From contig NZ_RAVX01000011.1 of NCBI RefSeq assembly GCF_003611605.1, forward strand, positions 4,811 to 68,810: a DNA stretch of 64,000 bases, read 5' to 3'. This document shows, piece after piece, positions 8,429 through 18,389 of the stretch. Origin of the DNA: Corallococcus sp. AB011P. Lineage in GTDB: Bacteria; Myxococcota; Myxococcia; Myxococcales; Myxococcaceae. How positions within the stretch are numbered: position 1 is the first letter of the stretch; each line of letters starts with the position of its first letter. The position numbers were made by a program, and so were the translations under genes. The notes beneath the pieces are model-generated. The model searched no databases. It was not told the origin of the DNA and saw only the letters and a program-made list of their open reading frames with translations.

Positions 8429-8977
8429 CTACCCCAGGGGTGAAGCAACGGGAGGAAGTGAGACGGCGACTTCGGGACGAACGGTGTCCGGACGGACGAC
8501 CCAGTAGGCGTGACGGTCCTGCTCCAGCGTGATGCGGCGCGCGTCCACGTGCAGCCCGGACCGCGCCCAGCCCAGCACCCGCTCCGACAGCGGGAGCCGC
8601 CCGGCGCCGGCCAGCGCCACCGCGGACTCCAGCCGGGTGCGCGCCTCCGCCAGCCGGCCCAGCTTCGCCAGCGCCAGGCCGTGCCGCTCGTGGTGCGCGG
8701 CCAGGTCCAGGAGGGCCAGGTCGCTCGTGGGAGGCTGCTGCTGGTAGTGGGCCTCCACGCGCTGGCAGAAGGAGATGACGGCCTCGTGGGCCCCCGAGCG
8801 CTCCAGCGACTCGAGCACGCACCACGCATAGTGACGCTGGCAGACGTCGGAGCCGCCCTGGAGCGCGGCCAGCCGCAGCGCTTCCCGGTAGTGGCGCAGC
8901 GCCTCGTCATGCCGGCTGGCCAGCGCGAACACCTTGCCCTGCTCCGCCACGCGGAAGTGGAGCGCGAGGGAGCTCAC
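8429..8977 (-). CDS. TPR-like helical repeat protein (gene J)
   Basis: 182-aa ORF with a GTG start at 8977 forming a GTGA overlap with the gene K stop. It has Ala/Leu-rich repeats (ALRHYREALRLAALQGG...LAKLGRLAEARTRLESAVALAGAG) and a 3-nt gap to gene I. Confidence 0.5.
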   Translation of the reverse strand: MSSLALHFRVAEQGKVFALASRHDEALRHYREALRLAALQGGSDVCQRHYAWCVLESLERSGAHEAVISFCQRVEAHYQQQPPTSDLALLDLAAHHERHGLALAKLGRLAEARTRLESAVALAGAGRLPLSERVLGWARSGLHVDARRITLEQDRHAYWVVRPDTVRPEVAVSLPPVASPLG

Positions 8978-10056
8978 TGGGCCACCAGGGAGGCCCGCGT
9001 GCCCCGCGCTTTCAGCTCCGCGACGAGCCAGCGTGCGCGCGTGTCCCCCACCGCGGGCTGGAAGGTATGCGGCAGCCGGGAGAGCGCGGTGCGCGCCTCG
9101 TTGGCGGGCAGCCCCAGCACCGGGGCCAGCAGCTCCGCGGCCCCGGCGGGGTCCTTCGAGTCCTCCACCGTCAGGCGGAAGCTGCGGAAGTTGAGGAGCT
9201 GCACGGCCAGCTTCGCGCCTGCGGCCTCCAGGGGAGCGGTGCGCGCCACCACGTCCGCGCGCGACAGTCCCGTGTGCAGCACCACCGGCAGCCGCTTGAG
9301 CACCTTCGGCACCAGCGCCGGGGGCATGCCGGTCTCACGCACCAGCAGCTCCGGGAAGCCGGCGTCGGAGGGGGCCTCCAGGAGGCTGACGTCGAAGCGC
9401 TGGAAGGCGTGGTCCAACAACCGCACCCCACCCCGCGCTCCCAGCTCCCGCCACACGCGCTCCGCCTGCTCATGCGAGAGGTCCCGGGCCACCAGCGGAG
9501 GCTCACCCGGAGTCACGCCCTGCGCCTCCAGCGCCGAGCGGACCACCGCGAGGCTGACCGCTTCCGTGGCGAAGACGTCATAGCGGGCCGTGGGCGGATG
9601 GCTGGCGTCCACCTCCGCGCCCAGCGGGGCGAAGCGCTCCCGGAGCGCGTCCACCGTGGCCTGGGAGACGGAGCCGAGCACCGTGGGAGGCGTGGCGCAG
9701 AGCGCCGCGGCGGCGTCCGCCAGGGGACAGCCCAGGACGGCCGCCAGCTCCGTGGAAACCTCACGGAAGCGCCCGCCGTCACGCAGGTACAGGGCCACGT
9801 CGTAGGTCTGCCCGGCGGGGGGAGGAAGGGGCGCGTCATCCGGCTCCACGACCACGCGCAGGCCGGCGTTGCCCAGCACCTCCGACAGACTCCTGGCGAG
9901 CTCCTCGGGCAGCCCTCCCGCCAGCACCGCGGGGGCGCGGAACAGCCGCGCGGCGAGCTCCGCCGGGGGCAGATCGAAGTGGGGCACCAGGGCGCGGACG
10001 ATGCTCGCGGAGCCTCGGTGAAAGGAGAGAACAGTGACGCGCCGTGAACCGTTCAT
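8974..10056 (-). CDS. Protein of about four tandem ribosomal L7/L12 C-terminal-domain-like repeats (gene K), first gene of the operon
   Basis: ATG 10056. Repeats include ELAAVLGCPLADAAAALCATPPTVLGSVSQATVDALRERFAPLGAEV, LVRETGMPPALVPKVLKRLPVVLHTGLSRADVVARTAPLEAAGAKLAV and AAELLAPVLGLPANEARTALSRLPHTF...WLVAELKARGTRASLV. Confidence 0.55.
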   Translation of the reverse strand: MNGSRRVTVLSFHRGSASIVRALVPHFDLPPAELAARLFRAPAVLAGGLPEELARSLSEVLGNAGLRVVVEPDDAPLPPPAGQTYDVALYLRDGGRFREVSTELAAVLGCPLADAAAALCATPPTVLGSVSQATVDALRERFAPLGAEVDASHPPTARYDVFATEAVSLAVVRSALEAQGVTPGEPPLVARDLSHEQAERVWRELGARGGVRLLDHAFQRFDVSLLEAPSDAGFPELLVRETGMPPALVPKVLKRLPVVLHTGLSRADVVARTAPLEAAGAKLAVQLLNFRSFRLTVEDSKDPAGAAELLAPVLGLPANEARTALSRLPHTFQPAVGDTRARWLVAELKARGTRASLVAQ

Positions 10057-10348
10057 CTGGAAACACGAGACACCATCCGGTGTTTTACTGTCAACGATTC
10101 GCGAGGTGTGAGGCGTTTACCAATGTCTGAGAAATGCCCGCTCGCTCCTCGGGATCCAACCTCCTCCGTCATGACGCGGGCTGATACACGCCCGTGAAAC
10201 ATCCGGGTGGGCCTGGGCCGGCGGGACGCGCCTGACGCCCTGCCTGCCGGGTCTGTGCTCACAGGCACACTGGCAACGGCTGAAGCGCGCATGGCCATGG
10301 ACGGAGGGCCTCCCCATCCTGCCCCCGCGACATTCATGGGGGTTGGAC

Positions 10349-10978
10349 ATGCGGACAGCGAAATTCTGGATGGGGACACTGCTGGCGGGCGCGCTGGCGC
10401 TGGGTTACGGGTGCGGAAGCGAGGCGAAGGATCCGACGCCGCAGGACGTGCCACAGCAGCAGGTCCCGGACGCGGGCACCGACGCGGGCGTGCTGCTGAC
10501 GCTCACCGACGCGCAGATCGCCCGCGTCCTGCAGGTGGCCAACGAGGGCGAGGTGATGCTGGGCCAGTACGCCGCGCCGCTCGCCACCACGCAGGCCGTG
10601 ATCGACTTCAACAACCAGATGGTGACGGAACACACCGCCGTGAAACAACGGCTGGACGCGGTGCTCGCGGACCAGGGCATCACGCCCGAGGACTCCGCCC
10701 TGAGCCTCCAATTGCAGACGGACATCCAGGAGTTGATGCAGGTCCTCGCCGGTCCGAACGCACCGGCCGCGGGCACCGCGCTCGACCTGGCGCTGATCAG
10801 CGCGCAGCTCGACGCGCACACCCGAGCCGCCTTCCTCTCCGACAGCCTGCTGACGACGCAGATCACCAACACGGCCCTGGCGCAGGAGGCGCTCACCGAG
10901 CGGCAGGGCGTGCAGCAGCACATCGACGCCGCGGGGGACATCCAGTCGAACCTGGTGCTCCCATCCGCCACGCCGTAG
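10349..10978 (+). CDS. DUF4142-like secreted/lipoprotein
   Basis: ATG 10349 (the track start at 10343 is TTG). Signal peptide MRTAKFWMGTLLAGALALGYGCGS. Repeated (D/T)xxf..A.EGEVMLGQYA / FNNQMVTEHT helical pattern typical of DUF4142. Confidence 0.6.
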   Translation: MRTAKFWMGTLLAGALALGYGCGSEAKDPTPQDVPQQQVPDAGTDAGVLLTLTDAQIARVLQVANEGEVMLGQYAAPLATTQAVIDFNNQMVTEHTAVKQRLDAVLADQGITPEDSALSLQLQTDIQELMQVLAGPNAPAAGTALDLALISAQLDAHTRAAFLSDSLLTTQITNTALAQEALTERQGVQQHIDAAGDIQSNLVLPSATP

Positions 10979-11011
10979 CCGGAGCGCTTTCCGTCTCTGG
11001 ATAAAAATACA

Positions 11012-11042
11012 GCTCGGGCTCTCAGAACCTGAGAGCCCGAGC
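11012..11042 (+). terminator. Perfect 13-14 bp stem-loop downstream of DUF4142 gene
   Basis: gctcgggctctcag-aacc-tgagagcccgagc, preceded by ataaaaatac. There is no T-run, which is common in high-GC genomes. Confidence 0.45.
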
Positions 11043-11126
11043 CTGTGCACACGACCCGTGGGGGAGGATTCGACCCAGGTGCTTTCCAATCGTGTCGGAC
11101 CGGTTTAGTAGGAATTTGGACCGCCG

Positions 11127-12782
11127 ATGCAAAAGCCAACCGAACCGACCTCCGCGCAGAGCGAGCCGTTGACGACGGGCCGGGTCCTGCGCTCCACGTA
11201 TGAGATTGGCACCGTGCTGGGCAAGGGCGGCATGGGCGCGGTGTTCCTCGCGCGCCACCTGCGCCTGCCGGGCAAGCAGGTCGCCATCAAGGTGCTGCAC
11301 GGCGCGGAGGAGCTGTCGGAAGAAGTGGCGGTGCGCTTCCGGCGCGAGGCGGAGATCGCCTCCCGGCTGGGGCACCCGAACATCGTGGAGGTGCTGGACT
11401 TCGATACCCTGGAGGACGGCACGCCCTTCATGGTGATGGAGTACCTGCGCGGTGAGGGCCTGTCGCGCCGGCTGCGCAAGCAGAAGCAACTGCCGCTGGA
11501 GGAGGTCTTCTCCATCTCGCGGCAGATGGGCGCGGCGCTCCAGGTGGCGCACCGTGCGGGCGTGGTGCACCGCGACCTGAAGCCGGGCAACGTGTTCCTC
11601 GTGCCCACGGAAGCGGGCGGCGTCGTGGGCGAGCGCGTGAAGCTGCTCGACTTCGGCATCTCCAAGCTCGTGGACTCGAGCACGGTGCAGACGCTGGACT
11701 CCGTGCTGATGGGGACGCCGCAGTACATGGCCCCTGAGCAGGCCATGGGCCACAACAGCAACGTGGACGCGCGCACGGACCTCTTCGCGTTCGGCTGCAT
11801 CGTCTACGAGATGCTCGCGGGCCGGCCGCCCTACTCCGGCGACAACGTCGCGGAGCTCATCTACCAGATCGTCCACCTGGAGCCCCCGCCGCTCCTGACG
11901 CTGGCGCCCCAGACGCCGCCGCACGTGGTGACGGCCATCTCCCGCGCGATGGCGAAGAAGCCGGATGACCGCTACCCGGACGTGGGCGCGTTCATCCTGG
12001 AGCTGACGGGCAGCCCGCTCCAGTCGCTCTCGGAGGTGAAGCCGGAGCAGCGCGCTCGCCCCGCCAATCCCACGGCCCCGCCGTCGGTGCCGCGTCCGCC
12101 GGACCGCGAGGAGCACATCCCCACGGTGGGCATGCGTCCCCACGCTGGCCGCGATACGTCCCCCCCTCCTTCCGGACCGGAGACGGCGTCCCTGGCCGCG
12201 CAGCCGCTGGCCCCCGCCCGACCGAAGTGGCCGGTGGCCGTGGCCGTGGGGATGGCGGTCATCATCGCGTTCGCGGTCGCCTTCTTCTGGAAGCGCCCGG
12301 GCGTGACGCCGCCCGCCGTCGTCGTGGTGAATCCCCCGGCCCAGCCCCAGCCCCAGCCCTCCACGCCCGTCACCCCGCCCGCCGTGGTCGTGACGCCGCC
12401 GGAGGACGTGAAGAAGCCCGTGGAGCCGGAGCCCCAGCAGACGCAGCCGACGGCGGAGAACTCCACGCAGCCCACGCCGGATTCGCCCACGGTGACGACA
12501 AAGCCGAAGCCTCGCGGCACCCCCGAGTCCATGCCGGACAGCGTGCGCGAGGACCTGGCGGCGGCGCAGAAGGCGCTGGACGCGTCGAACACGGCGGAAG
12601 CGCTGCGTCACATCCGGCGCAGTCAGCGCACGAAGATCACCGGCCTGTCGTTCTCGCTGCTCACCCGCGTGTACTGCCAGCAGCACGACCTGGCGAACGC
12701 GCGCGCGCAATGGACCCGCGTACCGGCAACGGAACGTCCAAGGGTCCGACAATACTGTTCGCAGTACGATATCGACCTGTAG
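11127..12782 (+). CDS. Hanks-type Ser/Thr protein kinase with Pro-rich linker, one TM helix and C-terminal extracytoplasmic domain
   Basis: GKGGMGAVF, VAIKVL, HPNIVEV, HRDLKPGNVFL, DFGISK, GTPQYMAPEQ. TM helix WPVAVAVGMAVIIAFAVAFFW. Confidence 0.85.
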   Translation: MQKPTEPTSAQSEPLTTGRVLRSTYEIGTVLGKGGMGAVFLARHLRLPGKQVAIKVLHGAEELSEEVAVRFRREAEIASRLGHPNIVEVLDFDTLEDGTPFMVMEYLRGEGLSRRLRKQKQLPLEEVFSISRQMGAALQVAHRAGVVHRDLKPGNVFLVPTEAGGVVGERVKLLDFGISKLVDSSTVQTLDSVLMGTPQYMAPEQAMGHNSNVDARTDLFAFGCIVYEMLAGRPPYSGDNVAELIYQIVHLEPPPLLTLAPQTPPHVVTAISRAMAKKPDDRYPDVGAFILELTGSPLQSLSEVKPEQRARPANPTAPPSVPRPPDREEHIPTVGMRPHAGRDTSPPPSGPETASLAAQPLAPARPKWPVAVAVGMAVIIAFAVAFFWKRPGVTPPAVVVVNPPAQPQPQPSTPVTPPAVVVTPPEDVKKPVEPEPQQTQPTAENSTQPTPDSPTVTTKPKPRGTPESMPDSVREDLAAAQKALDASNTAEALRHIRRSQRTKITGLSFSLLTRVYCQQHDLANARAQWTRVPATERPRVRQYCSQYDIDL

Positions 12783-12842
12783 GGTCGTCCGGGCGCGCGG
12801 AAACTCCAGAGCGGGGGCGCGCCCGCAATCCAAGGAGTCGTC

Positions 12843-13676
12843 GTGAGAGTGCTACTGGCAGTGGGGGTCGTGGCGCTGTCCCTGGGGTGTTCCCGGGGCG
12901 TGCGGCCCGACAGCGAGGTGGCGGGCACGAAGCCCACCACCGGCAAGGTGTATTCCAACGAGGCCGGCGAGAAGATCACCCTCATCGCGCTGGAGCCCGG
13001 TGACGCGAAGAAGGCGCTGGTCGCGTTCGAAGGCACGAAGAGCGAGCTGGACGGCCAGGTGCTGGTCGCGGGGGTGGACACCCAGCAGCGGCGCGCCGTG
13101 GAGTACTGGACGATGTGGCGCGGCCACAAGCAGCGCTTCGTCACCGTGCATGACCGGGGCGGCTACGAGGACCTGGTCTTCAGCGGCGTGAACCACACGG
13201 GCTACACGCACCTGAAGCCGGACACGGGCAAGACGGGCTCGCTGAAGGTGGAGAAGGTCTTCGAGCGCTACCAGGACCTGGAAGGCGACAAGAAGTACCA
13301 GGGCCTGCTCGCGTTCGACCGCAAGTTCTGGACGAGCCAGGCGGAGACGCAGCTGTCCGCGGCCCTGGCGGAGACGAACAAGGCGTGCGGCTCGAAGCTG
13401 ACGTCCACCGTGGCCTGGGACTCCATCACCAACGAGCAGCTCAACGAGATGTCCTTCGGCAGCTACTGCGCGGGCCCGCTGGAGTCGCTCCAGAAGCTGT
13501 GCGAGCGCTCCGACGAGGCGAAGCGCACCGTGCAGCAGAAGCTCCAGGCGTTGGAGTGCCGCATGGACGCCAAGGCCGCGCTGAAGCTGGAGGCCCAGAA
13601 GATCATCTGGTCCGTGGCTCCCAGGGAGACGGTCCAGTCGGATGCGACCACCTCCTTCTTCACCGACACCCTCTAG
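12843..13676 (+). CDS. Lipoprotein, unknown function
   Basis: GTG start; MRVLLAVGVVALSLGCS lipobox; G+C3-biased coding. Confidence 0.55.
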   Translation: MRVLLAVGVVALSLGCSRGVRPDSEVAGTKPTTGKVYSNEAGEKITLIALEPGDAKKALVAFEGTKSELDGQVLVAGVDTQQRRAVEYWTMWRGHKQRFVTVHDRGGYEDLVFSGVNHTGYTHLKPDTGKTGSLKVEKVFERYQDLEGDKKYQGLLAFDRKFWTSQAETQLSAALAETNKACGSKLTSTVAWDSITNEQLNEMSFGSYCAGPLESLQKLCERSDEAKRTVQQKLQALECRMDAKAALKLEAQKIIWSVAPRETVQSDATTSFFTDTL

Positions 13677-13694
13677 AACGAAAGCCCACTGACA

Positions 13695-14510
13695 ATGACG
13701 CTTCGACACATGGTCATCGCCCTGGGGCTCGTCCTGGCCCCGCAAGCCGCGCTCGCGCTGGATCCGCCCTGGAAGCAGGAGCAGAAGCTGCGCGACCGCA
13801 TGGTGCTGGAGTCCGCGAAGGTCTGCGCGGACGGCAAGGGCCACTACACGGTCCTCATCCCCCAGACGCCCGAGCACGAGGGCGACCTGTTCTACGGGGA
13901 CGGCAAGACGTTCACGCAGGTGGTGCCCGTGGGCTACACCTCCGCCACGGACGGCGCCTTCTTCGAGCCCCGCTTCTTCAACCCCAAGGCCAACGACAAC
14001 TTCCGCGGCACGGACTACCGGGTCGTCTCGGACGTGAAGCTGAGCGACGACTTCAAGACGTGCGCGCTGCGCTGCGGGGAGAAGAACCTGCCGCAGCAGC
14101 CGGTGCCGGCGGATCAGGCCAAGGAGCTCTTGCGCAAGGCCGCCTACCAGCCCAGCCCGGTGAAGTTCCAGCCGTACGCGCTGCTGCGCGACGACAAGGG
14201 CGTGTACTACCTGGTCGAGCGCGGCATCGGCGCGGACAACAAGAGCTTCCGCATCTTCACGGGCCAGCGCGGCCAGGTGAAGCAGCAGAAGATGCTCAAC
14301 GTCGTCACCGACTCGCAGGGAGAAATCTTCTCCACGCAGGGCGGCGACCTGCGCCTCGTGGTGGACCGCGAGGAGCCGTCGTTCTGGGTGGTGAAGAGCA
14401 AGCGCCAGAAGCTGCGCGCGGTGCCGGTGGGTGAGAACCTGCCCTTCATCTACAACGAGCTGGGCGTCTACACGGGCGCGCGGCTGGGCACGCCCTGCGA
14501 CGACGTGTAG
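13695..14510 (+). CDS. Secreted hypothetical protein
   Basis: Signal peptide MTLRHMVIALGLVLAPQAALA; coding bias. Confidence 0.55.
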   Translation: MTLRHMVIALGLVLAPQAALALDPPWKQEQKLRDRMVLESAKVCADGKGHYTVLIPQTPEHEGDLFYGDGKTFTQVVPVGYTSATDGAFFEPRFFNPKANDNFRGTDYRVVSDVKLSDDFKTCALRCGEKNLPQQPVPADQAKELLRKAAYQPSPVKFQPYALLRDDKGVYYLVERGIGADNKSFRIFTGQRGQVKQQKMLNVVTDSQGEIFSTQGGDLRLVVDREEPSFWVVKSKRQKLRAVPVGENLPFIYNELGVYTGARLGTPCDDV

Positions 14511-14540
14511 TCCCGTAACACCGGGGAGCCCCGGGCACGG

Positions 14541-17372
14541 TCAGCCGTTGAGCACCTTCACGGCCTTGACCATGTCCGGGGCCAACTCCTCGTGTTCCAC
14601 GAGGGTGAACCCCAGCTTCTTGCTGACGGCCTGCATGCCGCGGTTGCGCGTGAGGATGTCCGCGACGATGCGGCGCAGGCCCCAGTCCCTTCCAATATCC
14701 ACCAGCCGCCGGAGCAGCTCCGTGCCCAGGCCCAGCCGCTGCGCGGGGTCGCTGACGGTGATGGCGAACTCCGCGTCCTTCGTGCCGCGCAGGCGCGTGA
14801 GCCGGCCCACCGCGAGGATCTCTCCCCCGCCCTTCCCGTCCGGCGACGGCCGCTCGGCGACGAGCGCCATCTCCCGCGCGTAGTCGTTGAAGCAGATTCG
14901 CGCCAGGCGCTCGTGGGCCACGCGCTGGCTGAGCTTCATCAGGCCCGCGTAGCGCATGAACACGGTCTGCTCGGAGAGGGCCTGGTGGAAGCGGCCCATG
15001 GCGGGCTCGTCCTCCGGGCGGATGGGGCGCACCAGGAGCTGCTCGCCGTTCTTCAGCGTGAGCACCTTCGCGTACTGGTGCGGATACGGTTCGATGGCGA
15101 GCTTCGGCAGGGACGCGGCCGCGACGTCCGGTGGGTGCAGCACCACACGCGCGTCCAGCGCGATGATGCGCTCACCGGAGACGAGCAGCGGGTTGATGTC
15201 CAGCTCACGGATGAGGGGCTGCTCCACCACCAGCTGGCTGAAGCGCACCATCAGCCGCTCCAGCGCGCCCATGTCCACGGGGGCCCGGCCGCGCACGCCC
15301 TTGAGCGCGTGGTGGATGCGCGTGCGCTCCATCATCCGCCGCGCCAGCGTGGTGGTGAGGGGCGGCAGGCCCAGGGCCCGGTCCTGCATCACCTCCACCA
15401 GTGTGCCGCCCGCGCCGAAGAGCAGCACCGGCCCGAACTGCGCGTCCAGGCTGCTGCCCAATATCAGCTCGTAGCCGTCCAGCTTCGCCATGGGCTGCAC
15501 GGTGACGCCCTGGAACGCGTCCTGGAGGCCCCGCTCCGCGAGCGCGTCGCGGATGGCGCGGTAGGCCTCCCGCACGTGCGGCTCGTCGCGCAGGTCCAAC
15601 CGCACGCCGCCCACGTCCGTCTTGTGCGTCACCGTGAGCGAGTGCAGCTTGAGCACCACGGGGAAGCCCAGCGCGCGGGCCTTCTCCACCGCCTCGTCTT
15701 CCGACGTGGCGAGCCACGTCTCCACGGTGGGGATGCCGTAGGCGGCCAGCAGGCGCTTGGATTCGTATTCAGACAGGAGGGTGCGGCCGGAGGCGCGGGC
15801 CTCGTCCACCAGGGCGCGCGCCACGTCGCGGGCTCCGCCGGTGGGCTCCTCCGCCAGCGTGGGCGTCTCATAGAGCCCGGCGATGTTGTCCGAGTAGCGC
15901 CACATGTAGTTGAAGACGCGGGCCGCGGTGTCCGGGTAGCCGAAGGTCGGGATGCCCGCGTCATTGAGGATGCGCTCGCCGGCGGCGACTTCCGAACCGC
16001 CCATCCAGCTGGCGAGCACGGGCTTGCCGGGCAGCTTCGCGTAGCCCTTGAGGCGGTCCGCCGTCTTGGTGGGCTCCGTCATGTCCTGCGGGGTGAGGAT
16101 GACGAGCAGGCCGTCGCTGTTGGGGTCCGCGCCGGTGGTCTCCAGGGCCTTCGCGTAGCGCTCCGCGTCCGCGTCTCCCAGGATGTCCACCGGGTTGGCG
16201 TGGCTCCACGGCGGCGGCAGGAAGCCATCCAGCTGCTTCCGCGTGTCGTCGGACAGCACGGCCAATTCGCCACCGCCGGACACCAGCGCGTCCGTGGCGA
16301 GCACCGCGGGGCCGCCCGCGTTGGTGAGCAGCGTGAGCCTGCGGCCGGAGGGCCGGGGCTGGCGGGCCAGCACCTCCGCCATGTGGAACAGGTCCTCGAT
16401 GGAGTCCACGCGCAGCACTCCCGCGCGGCGGAAGGCGGCGGAGAGCACCTCGTCGCTGCCGGCCAGCGTGCCGGTGTGGGACGCGGCGGCCTGCGCGGCC
16501 TGCGCGGTGCGGCCGGCCTTGATGACGATGATGGGCTTGGTGAGGGCCACCTCGCGCGCGGCGGACAGGAAGGCGCGCGCGTCGCCGATGGACTCCATGT
16601 ACAGCAGGATGGAGCGCGTCATCGGATCATCCGCGAGGAAGTCGATGAGGTCTCCCCAGCCCACGTCCAGCATGGAGCCCACGGAGACGAAGGCGCTGAA
16701 GCCCACGGCCTCGCGCAGGCTCCAGTCGAGGATGGAGGTGAGCAGCGCGCCGGACTGGCTGATGAAGGCCACGTTGCCGGGGCGGGCCATGCCCTTGGCG
16801 AAGGTGGCGTTGAAGCCGCTCGTGGGGCGCATCACGCCCAGGCAGTTGGGGCCGATGATGCGCAGGTTCGCGGCCTGCGCGATGTGCAGCACCTCCTGCT
16901 CCAGCTTCGCGCCCTCCGGGCCCGTCTCCTTGAAGCCCGCGGAGATGATGATGGCGCCCTTGACGCCGACCTCCGCGCACTCGCGGATGATGGCCGGCAC
17001 GGACTTCGCGGGGGTGACGATGACGGCCAGGTCCACGGCCTCCGGCAGCGCGCGCAGGGAAGGCCACGCCTTGATGCCGAGCACGTTGGGGCGCTGCGGG
17101 TTCACCGGGTAGACGGTGCCGCCGAACGGGCTGCTGATGAGGTTCCAGAGGACGGTGCGGCCCACGCTGCCGGGCCGCTCGCTCGCCCCCACCACCGCGA
17201 CGCTGCGGGGGGAGAAGATGACCTCCAGCGGCTGACGGGTGCGCTGGTGGAGCAGGTCGATGGAGGGGTCCGTCCGGGCCGGGGGCGTGGCGGGGCGTTG
17301 CTCGTCCATGGTGCGCTCGTATTCGGTGGGTGGCCGTACCGGAGCAATCTCCGGCAGGCCTCCATCGTGCAC
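14541..17372 (-). CDS. Pat/PatZ-type protein lysine acetyltransferase (NDP-forming acyl-CoA synthetase-like domains plus C-terminal GNAT)
   Basis: It aligns along its full length with E. coli YfiQ/PatZ as I remember it ([15 protein letters not shown] CoA-binding; ATP-grasp; C-terminal GNAT ...[25 protein letters not shown]). The start is uncertain: GTG 17372 or ATG 17309. Confidence 0.8.
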   Translation of the reverse strand: MHDGGLPEIAPVRPPTEYERTMDEQRPATPPARTDPSIDLLHQRTRQPLEVIFSPRSVAVVGASERPGSVGRTVLWNLISSPFGGTVYPVNPQRPNVLGIKAWPSLRALPEAVDLAVIVTPAKSVPAIIRECAEVGVKGAIIISAGFKETGPEGAKLEQEVLHIAQAANLRIIGPNCLGVMRPTSGFNATFAKGMARPGNVAFISQSGALLTSILDWSLREAVGFSAFVSVGSMLDVGWGDLIDFLADDPMTRSILLYMESIGDARAFLSAAREVALTKPIIVIKAGRTAQAAQAAASHTGTLAGSDEVLSAAFRRAGVLRVDSIEDLFHMAEVLARQPRPSGRRLTLLTNAGGPAVLATDALVSGGGELAVLSDDTRKQLDGFLPPPWSHANPVDILGDADAERYAKALETTGADPNSDGLLVILTPQDMTEPTKTADRLKGYAKLPGKPVLASWMGGSEVAAGERILNDAGIPTFGYPDTAARVFNYMWRYSDNIAGLYETPTLAEEPTGGARDVARALVDEARASGRTLLSEYESKRLLAAYGIPTVETWLATSEDEAVEKARALGFPVVLKLHSLTVTHKTDVGGVRLDLRDEPHVREAYRAIRDALAERGLQDAFQGVTVQPMAKLDGYELILGSSLDAQFGPVLLFGAGGTLVEVMQDRALGLPPLTTTLARRMMERTRIHHALKGVRGRAPVDMGALERLMVRFSQLVVEQPLIRELDINPLLVSGERIIALDARVVLHPPDVAAASLPKLAIEPYPHQYAKVLTLKNGEQLLVRPIRPEDEPAMGRFHQALSEQTVFMRYAGLMKLSQRVAHERLARICFNDYAREMALVAERPSPDGKGGGEILAVGRLTRLRGTKDAEFAITVSDPAQRLGLGTELLRRLVDIGRDWGLRRIVADILTRNRGMQAVSKKLGFTLVEHEELAPDMVKAVKVLNG

Positions 17373-17447
17373 CAGTTGGCAGGAAGAAGACGGGGCAGCG
17401 GACGTTCTCCTGTCATGTTCCTTATGCGAGCGAACGGGCGGACGCCG

Positions 17448-18341
17448 TCACGACGCGCGCGCCTGCTCCACCACCGGCTTGAGCACGGTGCTGGCGAACT
17501 CCGCCAGGGTGGTGGGCGTGGTGGTCTCCTTCGAGCGCGGCTCGGCCGGGTCCATGCGCCCGTCCTGGATGGCGCCGTACATCTCCACGAAGGTGTCCGC
17601 CGCGAAAGCAGGCATGCCCGCGCCCGTCATGCCGTTGCGCAGGTCCTCCAGCCCCACCCGCACGTACTTCACGGGCTGGCCCAGCACCTGGGTGAGGATG
17701 CTCGCGACCTCCGGATAGGTGAGGTCCTTGGGCCCGTGCACGCCCACGTAGCGGTGGCCCGTCCACGCCGTGTCCAGGAGCACCTCGGCGGCCTTGTTCG
17801 CGATGTCCGCCGTCGCGACCATCGGGAAGGCCTTCGTCTCCGGACTCGCGCTGAAGAGCGCGCCGGCCTTCGCCAGGCCCTGCACGTCGCGCAGCAGGTT
17901 CTCCATGAAGAAGCCCGCGCGCAGGCTGACGACGTTCGGCGCCGCCGCCTGGAAGGCCTCTTCAATGGGCTTCAGCACGGACACCGGCCCCGTGCCCGCA
18001 CCGCTCTGCGCGCCGACGCTGGAGAGGATCACCACGCGCTTCACGCCGTGCGCCTTCACGCGCTCCGCGGCCATCTTGCCGTTGGCCTTCGCCCACTCGT
18101 GAAAGTCCGGACGGATGGCGGGCGGAGACAGCCAGAACAGCGCCTCCGCGCCCACGAGCGCCGCGTCCAGCGTGGCCTGTTCGTCGATGGAGCCCTGCAC
18201 CACCTTCGCGCCCAGCTTCACCAGGTCCGCCACCTTCTCCGGCGTGCGCGAGATGACGGTGACCTTCCGGCCCGCCTTCAGCAGCTTCTCCACGAGGGGA
18301 CGACCGATGTTGCCGTTCGGGGTGTTGATGACGATGGGCAT
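17448..18341 (-). CDS. NmrA-family NAD(P)-binding protein
   Basis: Internal ATG 18341 with GGAGG upstream gives MPIVINTPNGNIGRPLVEKLLKAGRKVTVISR (Rossmann GxxGxxG). It is divergent from the LysR gene. Confidence 0.7.
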   Translation of the reverse strand: MPIVINTPNGNIGRPLVEKLLKAGRKVTVISRTPEKVADLVKLGAKVVQGSIDEQATLDAALVGAEALFWLSPPAIRPDFHEWAKANGKMAAERVKAHGVKRVVILSSVGAQSGAGTGPVSVLKPIEEAFQAAAPNVVSLRAGFFMENLLRDVQGLAKAGALFSASPETKAFPMVATADIANKAAEVLLDTAWTGHRYVGVHGPKDLTYPEVASILTQVLGQPVKYVRVGLEDLRNGMTGAGMPAFAADTFVEMYGAIQDGRMDPAEPRSKETTTPTTLAEFASTVLKPVVEQARAS

Positions 18342-18389
18342 GGGGTGCCTCCAGCGACAGCGAGATGGCGCAACAGTGCCCCCGCGCCC

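Noticed and set aside
10057-10342. 286-bp intergenic region upstream of the 11-gene operon and DUF4142 gene, inspected for tRNA or small RNA or obvious promoter motifs
   Set aside because: There is no tRNA-like cloverleaf and no clear sigma-70/sigma-54 consensus. It is probably just divergent promoter space, and I cannot support a specific element.
11022-12833. 603-aa minus-strand ORF opposite the Ser/Thr kinase
   Set aside because: Arg/Gly-rich shadow frame; the kinase gene on the plus strand is unambiguous.
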